Assembly (NCBI RefSeq): GCF_036919555.1
Contig: NZ_JBALCS010000100.1
Coordinates: 69,934 to 101,933 of the forward strand
DNA from: Nostoc sp.
GTDB taxonomy: Bacteria; Cyanobacteriota; Cyanobacteriia; Cyanobacteriales; Nostocaceae
Length of the DNA stretch: 32,000 nt
Reading direction: 5' to 3'
A program made the position numbers and the translations under genes. The notes under the pieces were generated by a model that saw only the letters and a program-made list of their open reading frames with translations, was not told the origin of the DNA and did not search any database. Below are positions 14,585-23,998 of this stretch, piece after piece. The number at the start of each line of letters is the position of its first letter. Position 1 is the stretch's first letter.

Positions 14585-15721
14585 TTAATTAAAGTTAATT
14601 TGCAAAATAGATAAATCATCATCAAAACCATCTTTGGAGTTCAGAGCGATTAAATAACTCAGTACGCGCTCAAGTTGGCAATCAACAGGATCTTGTAAGC
14701 TAACTAGTAGCTGAATAAAAGCATCCAAGCTCCAAAGTGTGCCATCTGATTTAGTGAGTTCATAAGCGCCATCACTAAAAATGTAAAGGGTACTGAATTT
14801 TTCAATATTGCAAAAGCCATCAACATATTTTGCCTCTGGAAACATCCCAACTGGCATACCGGGCGTTTTCAAGAGTTTAACTTCAGACTTCCTTGGAGAT
14901 GTGCCGGTTACTAAAACTGCTGGTGGATGACCTGCACTAGCATAAATTAACTGGCGGTTGATTCGGTTGTAAACTCCGTACCAAATCGTAAAGTATTTGT
15001 CATTTTGATAATTCATCTGAAAGGTATCATTCAAAGCCTTCAATACATCACTAGGTTGATAATAATCCAGACTTTTGAGCGCACGAGAACGCAGCAGATT
15101 CAGCACTGAAACAGAGGGAAGAGTAGCTTTGAGGCCATGTCCGGCAGTATCCATTAAGTAAATTGCCAGATAATCAGCATCGAGCCAGTAGTAATCGAAA
15201 CAATCACCGCCAAGTTGCCGCGAGGGAATGAATCGGAAATTTATATTGAAGGGTTCAGTCATGGAAAGAGGCAGCAGCGATCGCACATATTCTGCGGCTT
15301 CTGACATTTCTGATTCTAAAAGCAACTTTTGAGCTTGCAAATCTCTACTCAATTGATGCAGGCGTAATCCCGCTCTTACCCGTGCTTGTAATTCATTGTG
15401 CTCGATAGGTTTGGAGATAAAATCATCAGCACCAGCATCTAGACCTTTGACGCAATCGGCAACGGAATCTAAGGATGTTAATAAAATAAAGAATGTGGTA
15501 TAAAATTTGGGGTCTTTCTTAATGCGATGGCAAACTTCCAGTCCACTCAACCCCGGCATGATCCAATCACAAATAATTAATGCTGGATTGTAAGCCAGTG
15601 CCTTTTCTATTCCTTCTTCGCCGCTACTGGCAGTAACTACCTCATAACCCTGTTTTTCTAACATCCTTTTCAGGAGTATTTTTATTGAATAGTCGTCATC
15701 AATTACTAGTATTTGAAACAT
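14585..15721 (-). CDS. Response-regulator receiver domain fused to a PP2C/SpoIIE-type serine phosphatase (RsbU-like)
   Basis: REC motifs: ILVIDDD, LIICDWIMPGLSG, KP. The C-terminal PPM/SpoIIE block has GGDCFDYYW, DTAGHGL, AGHPP, FSDG. Confidence 0.88.
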   Translation of the reverse strand: MFQILVIDDDYSIKILLKRMLEKQGYEVVTASSGEEGIEKALAYNPALIICDWIMPGLSGLEVCHRIKKDPKFYTTFFILLTSLDSVADCVKGLDAGADDFISKPIEHNELQARVRAGLRLHQLSRDLQAQKLLLESEMSEAAEYVRSLLPLSMTEPFNINFRFIPSRQLGGDCFDYYWLDADYLAIYLMDTAGHGLKATLPSVSVLNLLRSRALKSLDYYQPSDVLKALNDTFQMNYQNDKYFTIWYGVYNRINRQLIYASAGHPPAVLVTGTSPRKSEVKLLKTPGMPVGMFPEAKYVDGFCNIEKFSTLYIFSDGAYELTKSDGTLWSLDAFIQLLVSLQDPVDCQLERVLSYLIALNSKDGFDDDLSILQINFN

Positions 15722-15846
15722 AAAAAGTTGGATGAAACACTCATTAATAGTTGGCTGTAAAAATAGGAAATAAAAATATGATATCGACTAATTAGTTAGT
15801 AGTATATCCAGATATAATACTAACTAATTTATCTTTTTACGTCGAA

Positions 15847-15871
15847 TTTATGACTGTTTAACAGTCATAAA
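15847..15871. other. 11-bp-stem AT-rich hairpin/palindrome 4 nt downstream of the DUF1350 stop and upstream of the REC-PP2C gene
   Basis: tttatgactgt-tta-acagtcataaa, read directly. There is no U-tract. It could be a weak terminator or an operator. Confidence 0.3.
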
Positions 15872-15874
15872 ACA

Positions 15875-16642
15875 TTATGGTGCTGTCAGAGGATTTAACC
15901 ACAAAAGAATATTGCTTTTTAGCTGATTCAAGTCGCGGTATGCTTCTTGCTTGAACCATTGCCCTAAGGCATCAAAGGGAGTGAAAAATGTTCCAGTTTG
16001 CCATTTAATATCTTGACCTAGAGGTGTTGTGTGAGTTCCTGGTAACGTTTGTGTTGTCACCATCTCATCAAAGCGTTCTTGTAAGATTTTGGTTAAAGCT
16101 GCCGATTGATCAATTGTGTCATTGCTAAATTTTATTAATAAATTGCGCCGGATATTGTAATGATCTTGGATAAGCTTGTTAGTTTCCAAAGGTGAGGGGG
16201 TAAACTCGATCGTAAAAGTAGAATTGAACTGTTCTACTAAGGGGATAGCTTCTTTTGCGGCGTAGTTGTTGAAGGATATTAAAATATTGCCTGCGCGTTC
16301 TACTTTAAAGAGGCTACCAATGAGCAAGTGAAGTTTACAACCCATACTGTGTCCAATGCCGTAGATGGGGAAGTAAAGCTTGCGTAATGCTCCAGAGTCA
16401 TGTAAGCGTTCGAGAGTGCGGTCAAAGTTTAGCAGTACGGATTGTGCGATCGCAGTATGATCCAATGTATTGACGAAAGGCGTAGCAATTACAACATAAC
16501 CTTTACTTGCCAGTTCTTCCAGTAACCAGCGATAAGTGATGTGCGGTGCAGTGGCGACAAATGCACCTCCTAAAAAATGGATGATACCGATGGGATTTCG
16601 GGGAATGATTACCCAGTTACCTCTGATTTCTTTCCAGTCCAT
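15875..16642 (-). CDS. DUF1350-family alpha/beta-hydrolase-fold protein
   Basis: 255 aa. The N-terminus IIHFLGGAFVATAPHITYRWLLEELA and the nucleophile-elbow-like GIGHSMGCKL match the cyanobacterial/plant DUF1350 family as I recall it. Confidence 0.7.
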   Translation of the reverse strand: MDWKEIRGNWVIIPRNPIGIIHFLGGAFVATAPHITYRWLLEELASKGYVVIATPFVNTLDHTAIAQSVLLNFDRTLERLHDSGALRKLYFPIYGIGHSMGCKLHLLIGSLFKVERAGNILISFNNYAAKEAIPLVEQFNSTFTIEFTPSPLETNKLIQDHYNIRRNLLIKFSNDTIDQSAALTKILQERFDEMVTTQTLPGTHTTPLGQDIKWQTGTFFTPFDALGQWFKQEAYRDLNQLKSNILLWLNPLTAP

Positions 16643-16819
16643 GCGGATAAGCGATCGCTTTACGAATATTCTTTATGTTAGACCGGAGATCGCAACCGTG
16701 GGAAGGATTATGGAAAAAGCCATTGAGAATATCTGGTGAGTCGGTTACGTTGCCTTAACCTGAGCATGTAGGCTTTGTCTAATTCACTTCTTTTACCCAC
16801 GTTGCCCTGAGTATTAGTT

Positions 16820-17539
16820 TTAACGCTGAGTCTGTAATCTTTTCATTTCGTCTTGCACATCTAACGCAATTTGTAATGCTTCATTGAGCAACCTTCCATG
16901 TTCGGTAGCCTGTTCGGTTACTTGCATGGCTGTTAAAGTTGCTAAATTGTTGACGAATAATTCTGTATTACTAAGGATAAAGCTCTTATGCTCCCTCAAA
17001 ATCCTTTCTGTCTTCAAAGCGCGAACTAAATCAGCTTTGGTGAGTTTAAGCGCTTCGATAACACCTTCCCTTTCCTTTATAACTACTTCTGGATTACCAG
17101 CTTCTTCTATTTGGTCATTAATATCTATTACTCTAATAACAGTATTATATCTACTCACCTCATTTAACAGAGTTTGCAGAGATTTTGTCATATTAATTTT
17201 GACAATTTTCTTTCTAGTTTTCCAGATTAAATATAAGATAGTTTGCGTAAGTCCGCCAACCCAAAGACCTAAGATAATTAACAATATCCAAGATGGAACT
17301 GTGATCCACGTCACAAAAAATTTAATAATTATATCAAATAAAATATAGACAAAAACAAATGTAGAAAATCCAATAAAAACTACAGTTGCACCTTCAGAGC
17401 TTTTCAGCTTTTGGATATATATATTTGCTAATAGTTTCAGAGGATTTGTGATGATTAAAAGTTGCTCATTGACAGGCAAATTAGCCAGCTTTTGTAGTTC
17501 ATCCTGACTAATTTCCAAGCCCTGTAAATCATCCCGCAC
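16820..17539 (-). CDS. Hypothetical membrane protein (two adjacent TM helices followed by a long helical C-terminal domain)
   Basis: 239-aa ORF, AT-rich. It has hydrophobic stretches VVFIGFSTFVFVYILFDIII and ILLIILGLWVGGLTQTILYLIW. I recognise no family signature. Confidence 0.55.
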   Translation of the reverse strand: MRDDLQGLEISQDELQKLANLPVNEQLLIITNPLKLLANIYIQKLKSSEGATVVFIGFSTFVFVYILFDIIIKFFVTWITVPSWILLIILGLWVGGLTQTILYLIWKTRKKIVKINMTKSLQTLLNEVSRYNTVIRVIDINDQIEEAGNPEVVIKEREGVIEALKLTKADLVRALKTERILREHKSFILSNTELFVNNLATLTAMQVTEQATEHGRLLNEALQIALDVQDEMKRLQTQR

Positions 17540-17707
17540 AGCTTTTCAACCCTTGCCAGAATAGTTATCTAATCTAATATAGCAATCAAATTTCTAGAAT
17601 GCTGGCATTTTGTCTAAACTTTTTCAGGCAAGTCAATACTTCTAGTAAAGTCAGGATTTTTTGTACAATACGATACTTTATTCTGACTCCTTAATTCTGA
17701 ATTCTTC

Positions 17708-18628
17708 TTAAAGTAAACAGCGTTCAATCGTCGCTACAACTGATCGAGAAAGAGTATCAAAATCGTAACCACCTTCTAAGCCAAATACAATTTTACGAGT
17801 TACGCCTAGACAATAATCAGTAAACAAAGCGTAGTCTTCTGGCTGCAAATTGATACTTGCCAAAGGATCTGCGGCATTGCCATCATAGCCAGCACTCACA
17901 ATCAGTAAATCCGCTTGAAAGTTAGCTAAAAACGGTACGACCTGTCTTTCAAATAGTGGCTGATATACTGCAATATCACTACCAGGGGGTACAGGTAAAT
18001 TTAAGACATTATTATGAAAGCCGCGTTCTGTCGATCTTCCAGTACCGGGATAGCATGGGTACTGATGTAGGGAACAGTAGGCGATGCGTGCTTCAGTTTC
18101 AACGATCGCCTGAGTACCATTACCGTGATGCACATCCCAATCGAGGATGGCGACGCGGTTAATTCCAGGTTGTTCCAGGGCAAATAAAGCGGCGATCGCT
18201 GCATTAGAAAATAGGCAAAAGCCCATCCCCGCATCACTTTCTGCATGGTGTCCTGGGGGACGCGCCAATACAAAAGCCGGATTAGCCGACTTTAGGACAG
18301 CCTCAACTCCATCTAACCAGGCACTGACTGCCAACAATGCCACATCATAACTGCGCGGGGAAACTGGCGTATCTCCATCCAAAGGACCGCCGCCACTAGA
18401 AGCGATTTGCCAAAGTTTTTTGATGTAGGCTGGGCTATGGGCTTTCACTAACACAGATATCAGTGATGGCTGTTCTGATGCTGGTGTCGGCTCACGCCAG
18501 GTAATTTTATCTGCGAATATAGCTGCTTTTAGGGCAGTAGCGATCGCTATCAAGCGTTCTGGTCTTTCGGGATGATATTTTCCAGTCTTGTGATCTAAAA
18601 ATTCGTCGGAATAAATGACTGGCAGCAT
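17708..18628 (-). CDS. Histone deacetylase-family protein (acetoin utilisation / acetylpolyamine amidohydrolase type)
   Basis: 306 aa with the HDAC catalytic motifs RPPGHHA, DWDVHHGNGTQ and SAGYD...D. Confidence 0.88.
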   Translation of the reverse strand: MLPVIYSDEFLDHKTGKYHPERPERLIAIATALKAAIFADKITWREPTPASEQPSLISVLVKAHSPAYIKKLWQIASSGGGPLDGDTPVSPRSYDVALLAVSAWLDGVEAVLKSANPAFVLARPPGHHAESDAGMGFCLFSNAAIAALFALEQPGINRVAILDWDVHHGNGTQAIVETEARIAYCSLHQYPCYPGTGRSTERGFHNNVLNLPVPPGSDIAVYQPLFERQVVPFLANFQADLLIVSAGYDGNAADPLASINLQPEDYALFTDYCLGVTRKIVFGLEGGYDFDTLSRSVVATIERCLL

Positions 18629-18722
18629 AGAACGAAAAAGGTTGGCAGCAAAACAATCAATGCTATTGTATCGTCACTGGTACAAACAGTTTTCCCTATC
18701 CCCTGTTCCCTTTCATAAAGTA

Positions 18723-21359
18723 CTAGAATGTTGGGCGTTTACTTTCGAGAATTTCTGTTGCAATCTTTGCAGAAAGTGGCCGGTAGAATAAAAAGCCCTG
18801 TACATCGTCACAGTTGATCGATCTCAAGAACGCCAGTTCCTCTTCTGTTTCTACCCCTTCGGCTGTCAACTTCAATCCCAAGCTCTGTCCCAAGCCAACT
18901 ATGGCCTTGATAATATGAGCAACTTTGACATCGTGCGTCAAATCTTGAATAAAAGACTTATCTATTTTCAGATTGTGGAGTGGCAAAAGCTGTAGGCGCG
19001 AGAGTGAGGAATGACCCGTACCAAAGTCATCAATGGAGATGTAAACACCCATCTGCTGTAAATTCTCTAACACCGTTTTGGTAAAATCTAAATTTTCAAT
19101 GGCTGTGCTTTCGGTAATTTCTAATTCTAAAAAGCGGGCTTCTAGCGCCGTTTGTTCTAACATTTCGGCTATAATCTCCAGCAATTTGGGTTGGCGGAAC
19201 TGCTTCAGAGAAAGATTGACAGCGATCGTTATCGGTGGCAATCCCATATCTTGCCAGGTTTTATTTTGGCTACAAGCTGTCCGCAGCACCCATTCGCCGA
19301 TGGGGACAATTAATCCACTTTCTTCGGCGAGGGGAATGAAGACACTGGGTGCGACCAACCCCATCTCTGGGTGCTGCCAACGCAACAGAGCTTCCATACC
19401 AGTAATTTCTTCTGTGGCAATGTTCACACGAGGTTGATAGTATACCGTAAATTCTTTACGTTCTAGGGCATAGCGCAAGCTCTTTTCTAAAGTCAGGAGT
19501 TCAGGATTTTTGGCGCTCAGGGAAACACTGTAGAATTGGTAGTTATTCCGCCCTTTGTCTTTGGCGTAGTATAAAGCGGCATCTGCGTGCTGAATTAGTG
19601 TTTCGGCATCAGGACTGTTGCTATCAAGCAATGCAATACCGAGGCTGGCAGTCACATAAAGTTCATGCCCTTGGAGATGGAAAGCATCCTCTAAGGCTTG
19701 TAACATTCTATTCGCCACCAGCGTTACTTCTTCAATATCATTGACTCGCGGGAGTAAGATAGTGAATTCATCACCTCCCCAACGGGCTATGGTGTCTCCG
19801 CCTCTGAGTGAGTCTTGTAATCTTTGAGCGACGCTTTCTAACAATTGATCTCCCAGAGTGTGCCCCAAAGTGTCATTAATCACCTTGAAACGATCCAGGT
19901 CGAGAAAGATCACAGCTAAACTTTCCCCATTCCGAGTGGCGTTGGGCAGGGTTTTAGTGAGCAGTTCGTTAAATAGTAGGCGATTGGGCAACCCTGTCAG
20001 CAGGTCATGGAGGGCTTGATAGCGAATCTTTTCTTCTACTTGCTGACGCTGCTGCGTACCAATGATACTGGCGGCCATTGTCAAAAGGGTAGATTCTTCG
20101 TGCCTAGACCAATGACGCTCAAAGGTGCAGTCTGCCAAGCCAAGATAACCCCAGAACTCCTTCTCGAAGCAAAGAGGGACTAGGAGAAGGGATTGAATGC
20201 CATCTCTAATCAGGAATTCTTGTTCGGCGATCGGAAATTTTTGGGTGAGTCCGCTAATCGCCTGGCCGCTAGAAAGAACAGTATACCAACGAGCTAATCC
20301 AGAAGCTTGATAAGGCTGATTCTGCCAATGCTGGTGGGTAGATTCAAGAAAGGAGTGTGTCCATTCAAACCGTAGGCTGACTGCCATTTCCCCTGTAACA
20401 GGATGGGGATGGTTTTGAAAGAGATAGGCACGATCTGCCTTGGCTGCTTGGCCCAATACAGCTAGAGCTCGATCAATACCAGTTTCGTAATTTATTTCCC
20501 CCAGCAAATAATTAGCGGCTTCCGCAACTGCTTGTAGCAAGCGATCGCGCTGACGCAGTTCAGCTGTCGCCTGTTTTTGCTCTGTAATATCCCTAATAAT
20601 AAAAGTTCTAATTAAATCACTTTCAGGAAGGTAGAGAACCGATTGTTCAAAAACTTCTGCGCCTACTTCCACCTCCCGCACAAAAGAATTTTTTTCTAGA
20701 TTCTTAACTCCACTCAGAAGTCCGGTTAATATCGGGTGTTGCGTGCCAACTTCCCGAAGTTTGGGAAACTTGAGAGTTGCGGCTGGATTGAGATAAGTAA
20801 CTGTTCCCTCAAAATCCATCTCAATAATTGGATTCGGGATGAGTTCAGGAAAGGATGCTAGGCGAGCTAGGGCGGATTCACTAGCGGCTTCAAAAGTGGT
20901 ATCAACAGCTAGGGTTTGAAAAGGATTGGCAGGACTGGCTTGCTCTGATAAGAAACCAGATAAGTCTTCAACATCATGAGATTCAGAAAATGCTTCTTCT
21001 GAGAGGTTGGAAATAGCATAATATTTAGCTTGAGCTTGATTTCCGCCAAAGGCGATGATATCTCCGTTTCTGAGATTATGAGAAAAGCATTTAGTCCCAT
21101 TTACAAATAAGCCATTAGTACTTGCTTTTCCCTTGTAGTTGCCATCAATAATCTGGAAGCCGTATTGGTCAGTCTCTGGAACAGTTACTCGCAATAAAAT
21201 TGCATGTTGCATTGATACTGACCGGGAAGCCAAGACAATAGTGTTTGCGGGATGCCGCCCCAGAGAATAAGTAGTTTCTTGCAAGGGGACAGTTCGCTGC
21301 CCTTCCAGGTCTTGAATGACCAACAGATGGCGTATTTTTTCCCGCTCATTTCCTAGCAT
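18723..21359 (-). CDS. Multidomain c-di-GMP signalling protein: FHA - PAS - GAF - GGDEF - EAL
   Basis: 878 aa. FHA: YSLGRHPANTIVL...VSMQHAIL...STNGLFVNG. A PAS-like block ends at IIRDITEQK. The GAF-like region has YLFQNH...GYLGLAD. GGDEF: RWGGDEFTILL. EAL: MEALLRWQHP, DDFGTG, KIDKSF. Confidence 0.9.
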   Translation of the reverse strand: MLGNEREKIRHLLVIQDLEGQRTVPLQETTYSLGRHPANTIVLASRSVSMQHAILLRVTVPETDQYGFQIIDGNYKGKASTNGLFVNGTKCFSHNLRNGDIIAFGGNQAQAKYYAISNLSEEAFSESHDVEDLSGFLSEQASPANPFQTLAVDTTFEAASESALARLASFPELIPNPIIEMDFEGTVTYLNPAATLKFPKLREVGTQHPILTGLLSGVKNLEKNSFVREVEVGAEVFEQSVLYLPESDLIRTFIIRDITEQKQATAELRQRDRLLQAVAEAANYLLGEINYETGIDRALAVLGQAAKADRAYLFQNHPHPVTGEMAVSLRFEWTHSFLESTHQHWQNQPYQASGLARWYTVLSSGQAISGLTQKFPIAEQEFLIRDGIQSLLLVPLCFEKEFWGYLGLADCTFERHWSRHEESTLLTMAASIIGTQQRQQVEEKIRYQALHDLLTGLPNRLLFNELLTKTLPNATRNGESLAVIFLDLDRFKVINDTLGHTLGDQLLESVAQRLQDSLRGGDTIARWGGDEFTILLPRVNDIEEVTLVANRMLQALEDAFHLQGHELYVTASLGIALLDSNSPDAETLIQHADAALYYAKDKGRNNYQFYSVSLSAKNPELLTLEKSLRYALERKEFTVYYQPRVNIATEEITGMEALLRWQHPEMGLVAPSVFIPLAEESGLIVPIGEWVLRTACSQNKTWQDMGLPPITIAVNLSLKQFRQPKLLEIIAEMLEQTALEARFLELEITESTAIENLDFTKTVLENLQQMGVYISIDDFGTGHSSLSRLQLLPLHNLKIDKSFIQDLTHDVKVAHIIKAIVGLGQSLGLKLTAEGVETEEELAFLRSINCDDVQGFLFYRPLSAKIATEILESKRPTF

Positions 21360-21852
21360 GGCTGTTCCTCAAATTCTTATATCCTTATGTATTAGTCTGA
21401 AAAATACTACTCCCAGAAGTACAGACTTTCAGTCTGCACTTCTGGGGAGATTTGCTCAATCAAAGTTGTCACCGTCGGTGATTTCAAAATTAGTTTGAGG
21501 GTGCAAACTAGCCTTTCTGTTCATGATTAACTGCACTCAGTCCCGATTCCTGAGTCAATTAAAAATTACTCAGTAGTTATGTACTTGGTACATACCCTGC
21601 TGTTCTGTTGCTCCCCTTGGAGGCGGTCTTTTAACCCACATTCCACACGGGCTAAAGCATAGCTATCCGCTAACGAAATTCAGCACTCTTCATCTTCTGG
21701 AATGAGATGGCTAATTGTTCAATCAGTTTTTGCGGTAAAAGTTCTAGCTGTTTTCTCCACTCATACATAAGTTATAAACTTTGTCCCTTCGTCTATATCA
21801 TCCAACCTTGTCTTTCATAGGATACCCAGATTAACAATTCAAAATTCAAAAT

Positions 21853-23640
21853 TCAAAAAGGATTATAGAATAAACTAAAATACAGACCGTTTTCTTGTAA
21901 TGTTCTCTCATTTGAGTCAACAGATACTAAAGGAATGCCCCAGTCAAGACGAACGGTGAAGCGATCGCTCTGTGACCAACGCAAACCCAGACCAACAGCA
22001 GCTAGAATATTATGATCGGGATTCTTTTCACCAGAACTATTCCAGCCAATACCAAAATCCGCAAAGGGGACAACCTGTAAGGTGCTATCTATCTGGGGTA
22101 AGCGCAGAATCGGTACTTGAACTTCAGCAGAAACAAAAGTGCCATTATCCGTCAGCAGGTAATCTTGACGGTAGCCTCGAATGCTATCCTGCCCACCTAA
22201 GCCAAATTGCTCTAAAGGTAATAGTGTTCTGGATGCGAGTTGCGTATTTAAACGAAGTAATAGTAAGGTTTCAGGAGCTAAAAGGCGTGCCCACTGCGCT
22301 TGCCCTTGCCAAGCAAAAAAACGGCTGTCGGGAGGATTTTGATTAATCGTGGGATTCAACGCATCTATGCCCAAACTAAATTGAGAGCGGAGGGCGATGA
22401 CTTCATGGCTGTTACGAGAAGTCCATTCTTGAAAAAATCGCAACGCAGATACCTTGGTGCGTCCCTGTTCATCAGCGCCTAAACCGGGGAAAGCTAGTCG
22501 CTCTCCCAAGGGGGAATAGGAGGCTTCACTTTCCCGTCGGGAGGCTGTCAACCCCACGGCGAATTCTTGTGTCGGAGTTTGAACTATGGGCTGGCGAAAT
22601 GTTAGTTCGTAATAGCGAGAAGCCGATTGGATATCTAAAACGTTGAAAGGAGGTTCAATGACATTACTTGAGGTAGTGCCATAGTTGAAACTCAGGGTTC
22701 CGTTCTGGGGATTGAGTGGTAATGTATAGCTGGCGTCAAAGGAGTTGCTACCATCGGTATTAGTGTAAGCTACACCTAGAGCGTCTCCCAGTCCCAATAA
22801 GTTGGCTTCATTCAATTGTAATCGGCGGCGGAAACTGCCAACGCTAGGCGATCGCCCATTATCAAGAATTATTTGGCTACTAAAGGTTTTTGCCTCACTG
22901 ATCTTAACTTCTAAGAGACTCACACCATTTTGCGATCCTGCCGAGAGTTCAGCAGAGACGTTTTGAATCAAAGGATTAAGTTGCAAAAGTTGCAGTGCCT
23001 CTAGTAGACGCTGGCGATTCAGAGGCGGTGATGTCGCTATTGCTAGTCGGCTACGGACATAATTCGGATTCAACCGCCGAGTCCCAGTTACGTGGATATC
23101 TTCTAATTTACCTTCCACCACCTGAATTTTAACAACACCCGATCGGATTGTTTGGGGTGGAATATAGGCACCAGAAGTAATGTAACCATTTTTGACGTAT
23201 AGATCAGTGATTTTAGAACGTGCTTGATACACTTCAGTCAGTGAGATCGGTCGTTTCGTAAATTCAGCAGTGGCTTTGGCTAACTCTTGGGCACTGAAGA
23301 CTGTGCTACCAATAACTTCAAACCGTTCAACAACAATACTTTGAGGAAAGTTACCAGGTAGTGGTTCCTCAGGTGTGGGAGTTGGGGCAGAGGGGGGAAA
23401 TAGTTCTGCTGGTGGGGGAAGTGGCTGTGGCAGTTCCGGTGAGGGAAGTGGCGAAGGTGCAGGTGGTTGGACATCCTGTGGTGGTGGGAGTTTTTGCGAC
23501 AGGATGAAATTACTAGTTGGTAATTCTTTAGTATCAATAGCCTGAGCTTTCTCTGGACTAGAAGATATGCTGCTGAGTGATAGAAGCATACTCAGAGGTA
23601 AGCAGGAGACTATCAGATTCTGAGGATATTTATCAATCAT
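21853..23640 (-). CDS. ShlB/FhaC/HecB-family outer-membrane transporter (TpsB of two-partner secretion) with signal peptide, proline-rich linker, POTRA and beta-barrel
   Basis: 595 aa. It has an N-terminal signal-like segment and a PPPQDVQPPAPSPLPSPELPQPLPPPAELFPPSAPTPTPEEP linker. The POTRA-like block is VERFEVIGSTVFSAQEL...YVKNGYITSGAYIPPQ. The C-terminal barrel has alternating beta-strand character and ends with the aromatic YNPF. Confidence 0.8.
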   Translation of the reverse strand: MIDKYPQNLIVSCLPLSMLLSLSSISSSPEKAQAIDTKELPTSNFILSQKLPPPQDVQPPAPSPLPSPELPQPLPPPAELFPPSAPTPTPEEPLPGNFPQSIVVERFEVIGSTVFSAQELAKATAEFTKRPISLTEVYQARSKITDLYVKNGYITSGAYIPPQTIRSGVVKIQVVEGKLEDIHVTGTRRLNPNYVRSRLAIATSPPLNRQRLLEALQLLQLNPLIQNVSAELSAGSQNGVSLLEVKISEAKTFSSQIILDNGRSPSVGSFRRRLQLNEANLLGLGDALGVAYTNTDGSNSFDASYTLPLNPQNGTLSFNYGTTSSNVIEPPFNVLDIQSASRYYELTFRQPIVQTPTQEFAVGLTASRRESEASYSPLGERLAFPGLGADEQGRTKVSALRFFQEWTSRNSHEVIALRSQFSLGIDALNPTINQNPPDSRFFAWQGQAQWARLLAPETLLLLRLNTQLASRTLLPLEQFGLGGQDSIRGYRQDYLLTDNGTFVSAEVQVPILRLPQIDSTLQVVPFADFGIGWNSSGEKNPDHNILAAVGLGLRWSQSDRFTVRLDWGIPLVSVDSNERTLQENGLYFSLFYNPF

Positions 23641-23998
23641 CGCACTGGACTATTTTTTGTTAGGAACTGTGGGATTATACGGCGACTATTTCAGATGTGA
23701 ATCTTACTGTTGCTAAAGTTGATATCTTGGGCAATTCTCAATTTATTCAGCACTGAGTAAGGTAAATGTCATATTTATTCAGCTAGGGAAGTATCAATGC
23801 AGACTTAAAAGTATTGATGGTATTTGAGCCGCATAAGCAAGCAGATATGTTGGAATTATCTGTGTCTGCCAGAGATATAGACCTAAAGTATTTGGATAAA
23901 TCAGGATTTTGTGTATGACGCGATCCAGGTTACACTTATGACTTCTGAAGGTAAGCAAGTAGGCGCAAATAATTAGAAGATGCTGTCGGGTAGACACC

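Noticed and set aside
23794-23997. 67-aa minus-strand ORF directly after the SWIM gene stop
   Set aside because: It has no RBS, an odd composition (Leu/Ile/Tyr/His-rich) and no recognisable family. It is most likely non-coding spacer.
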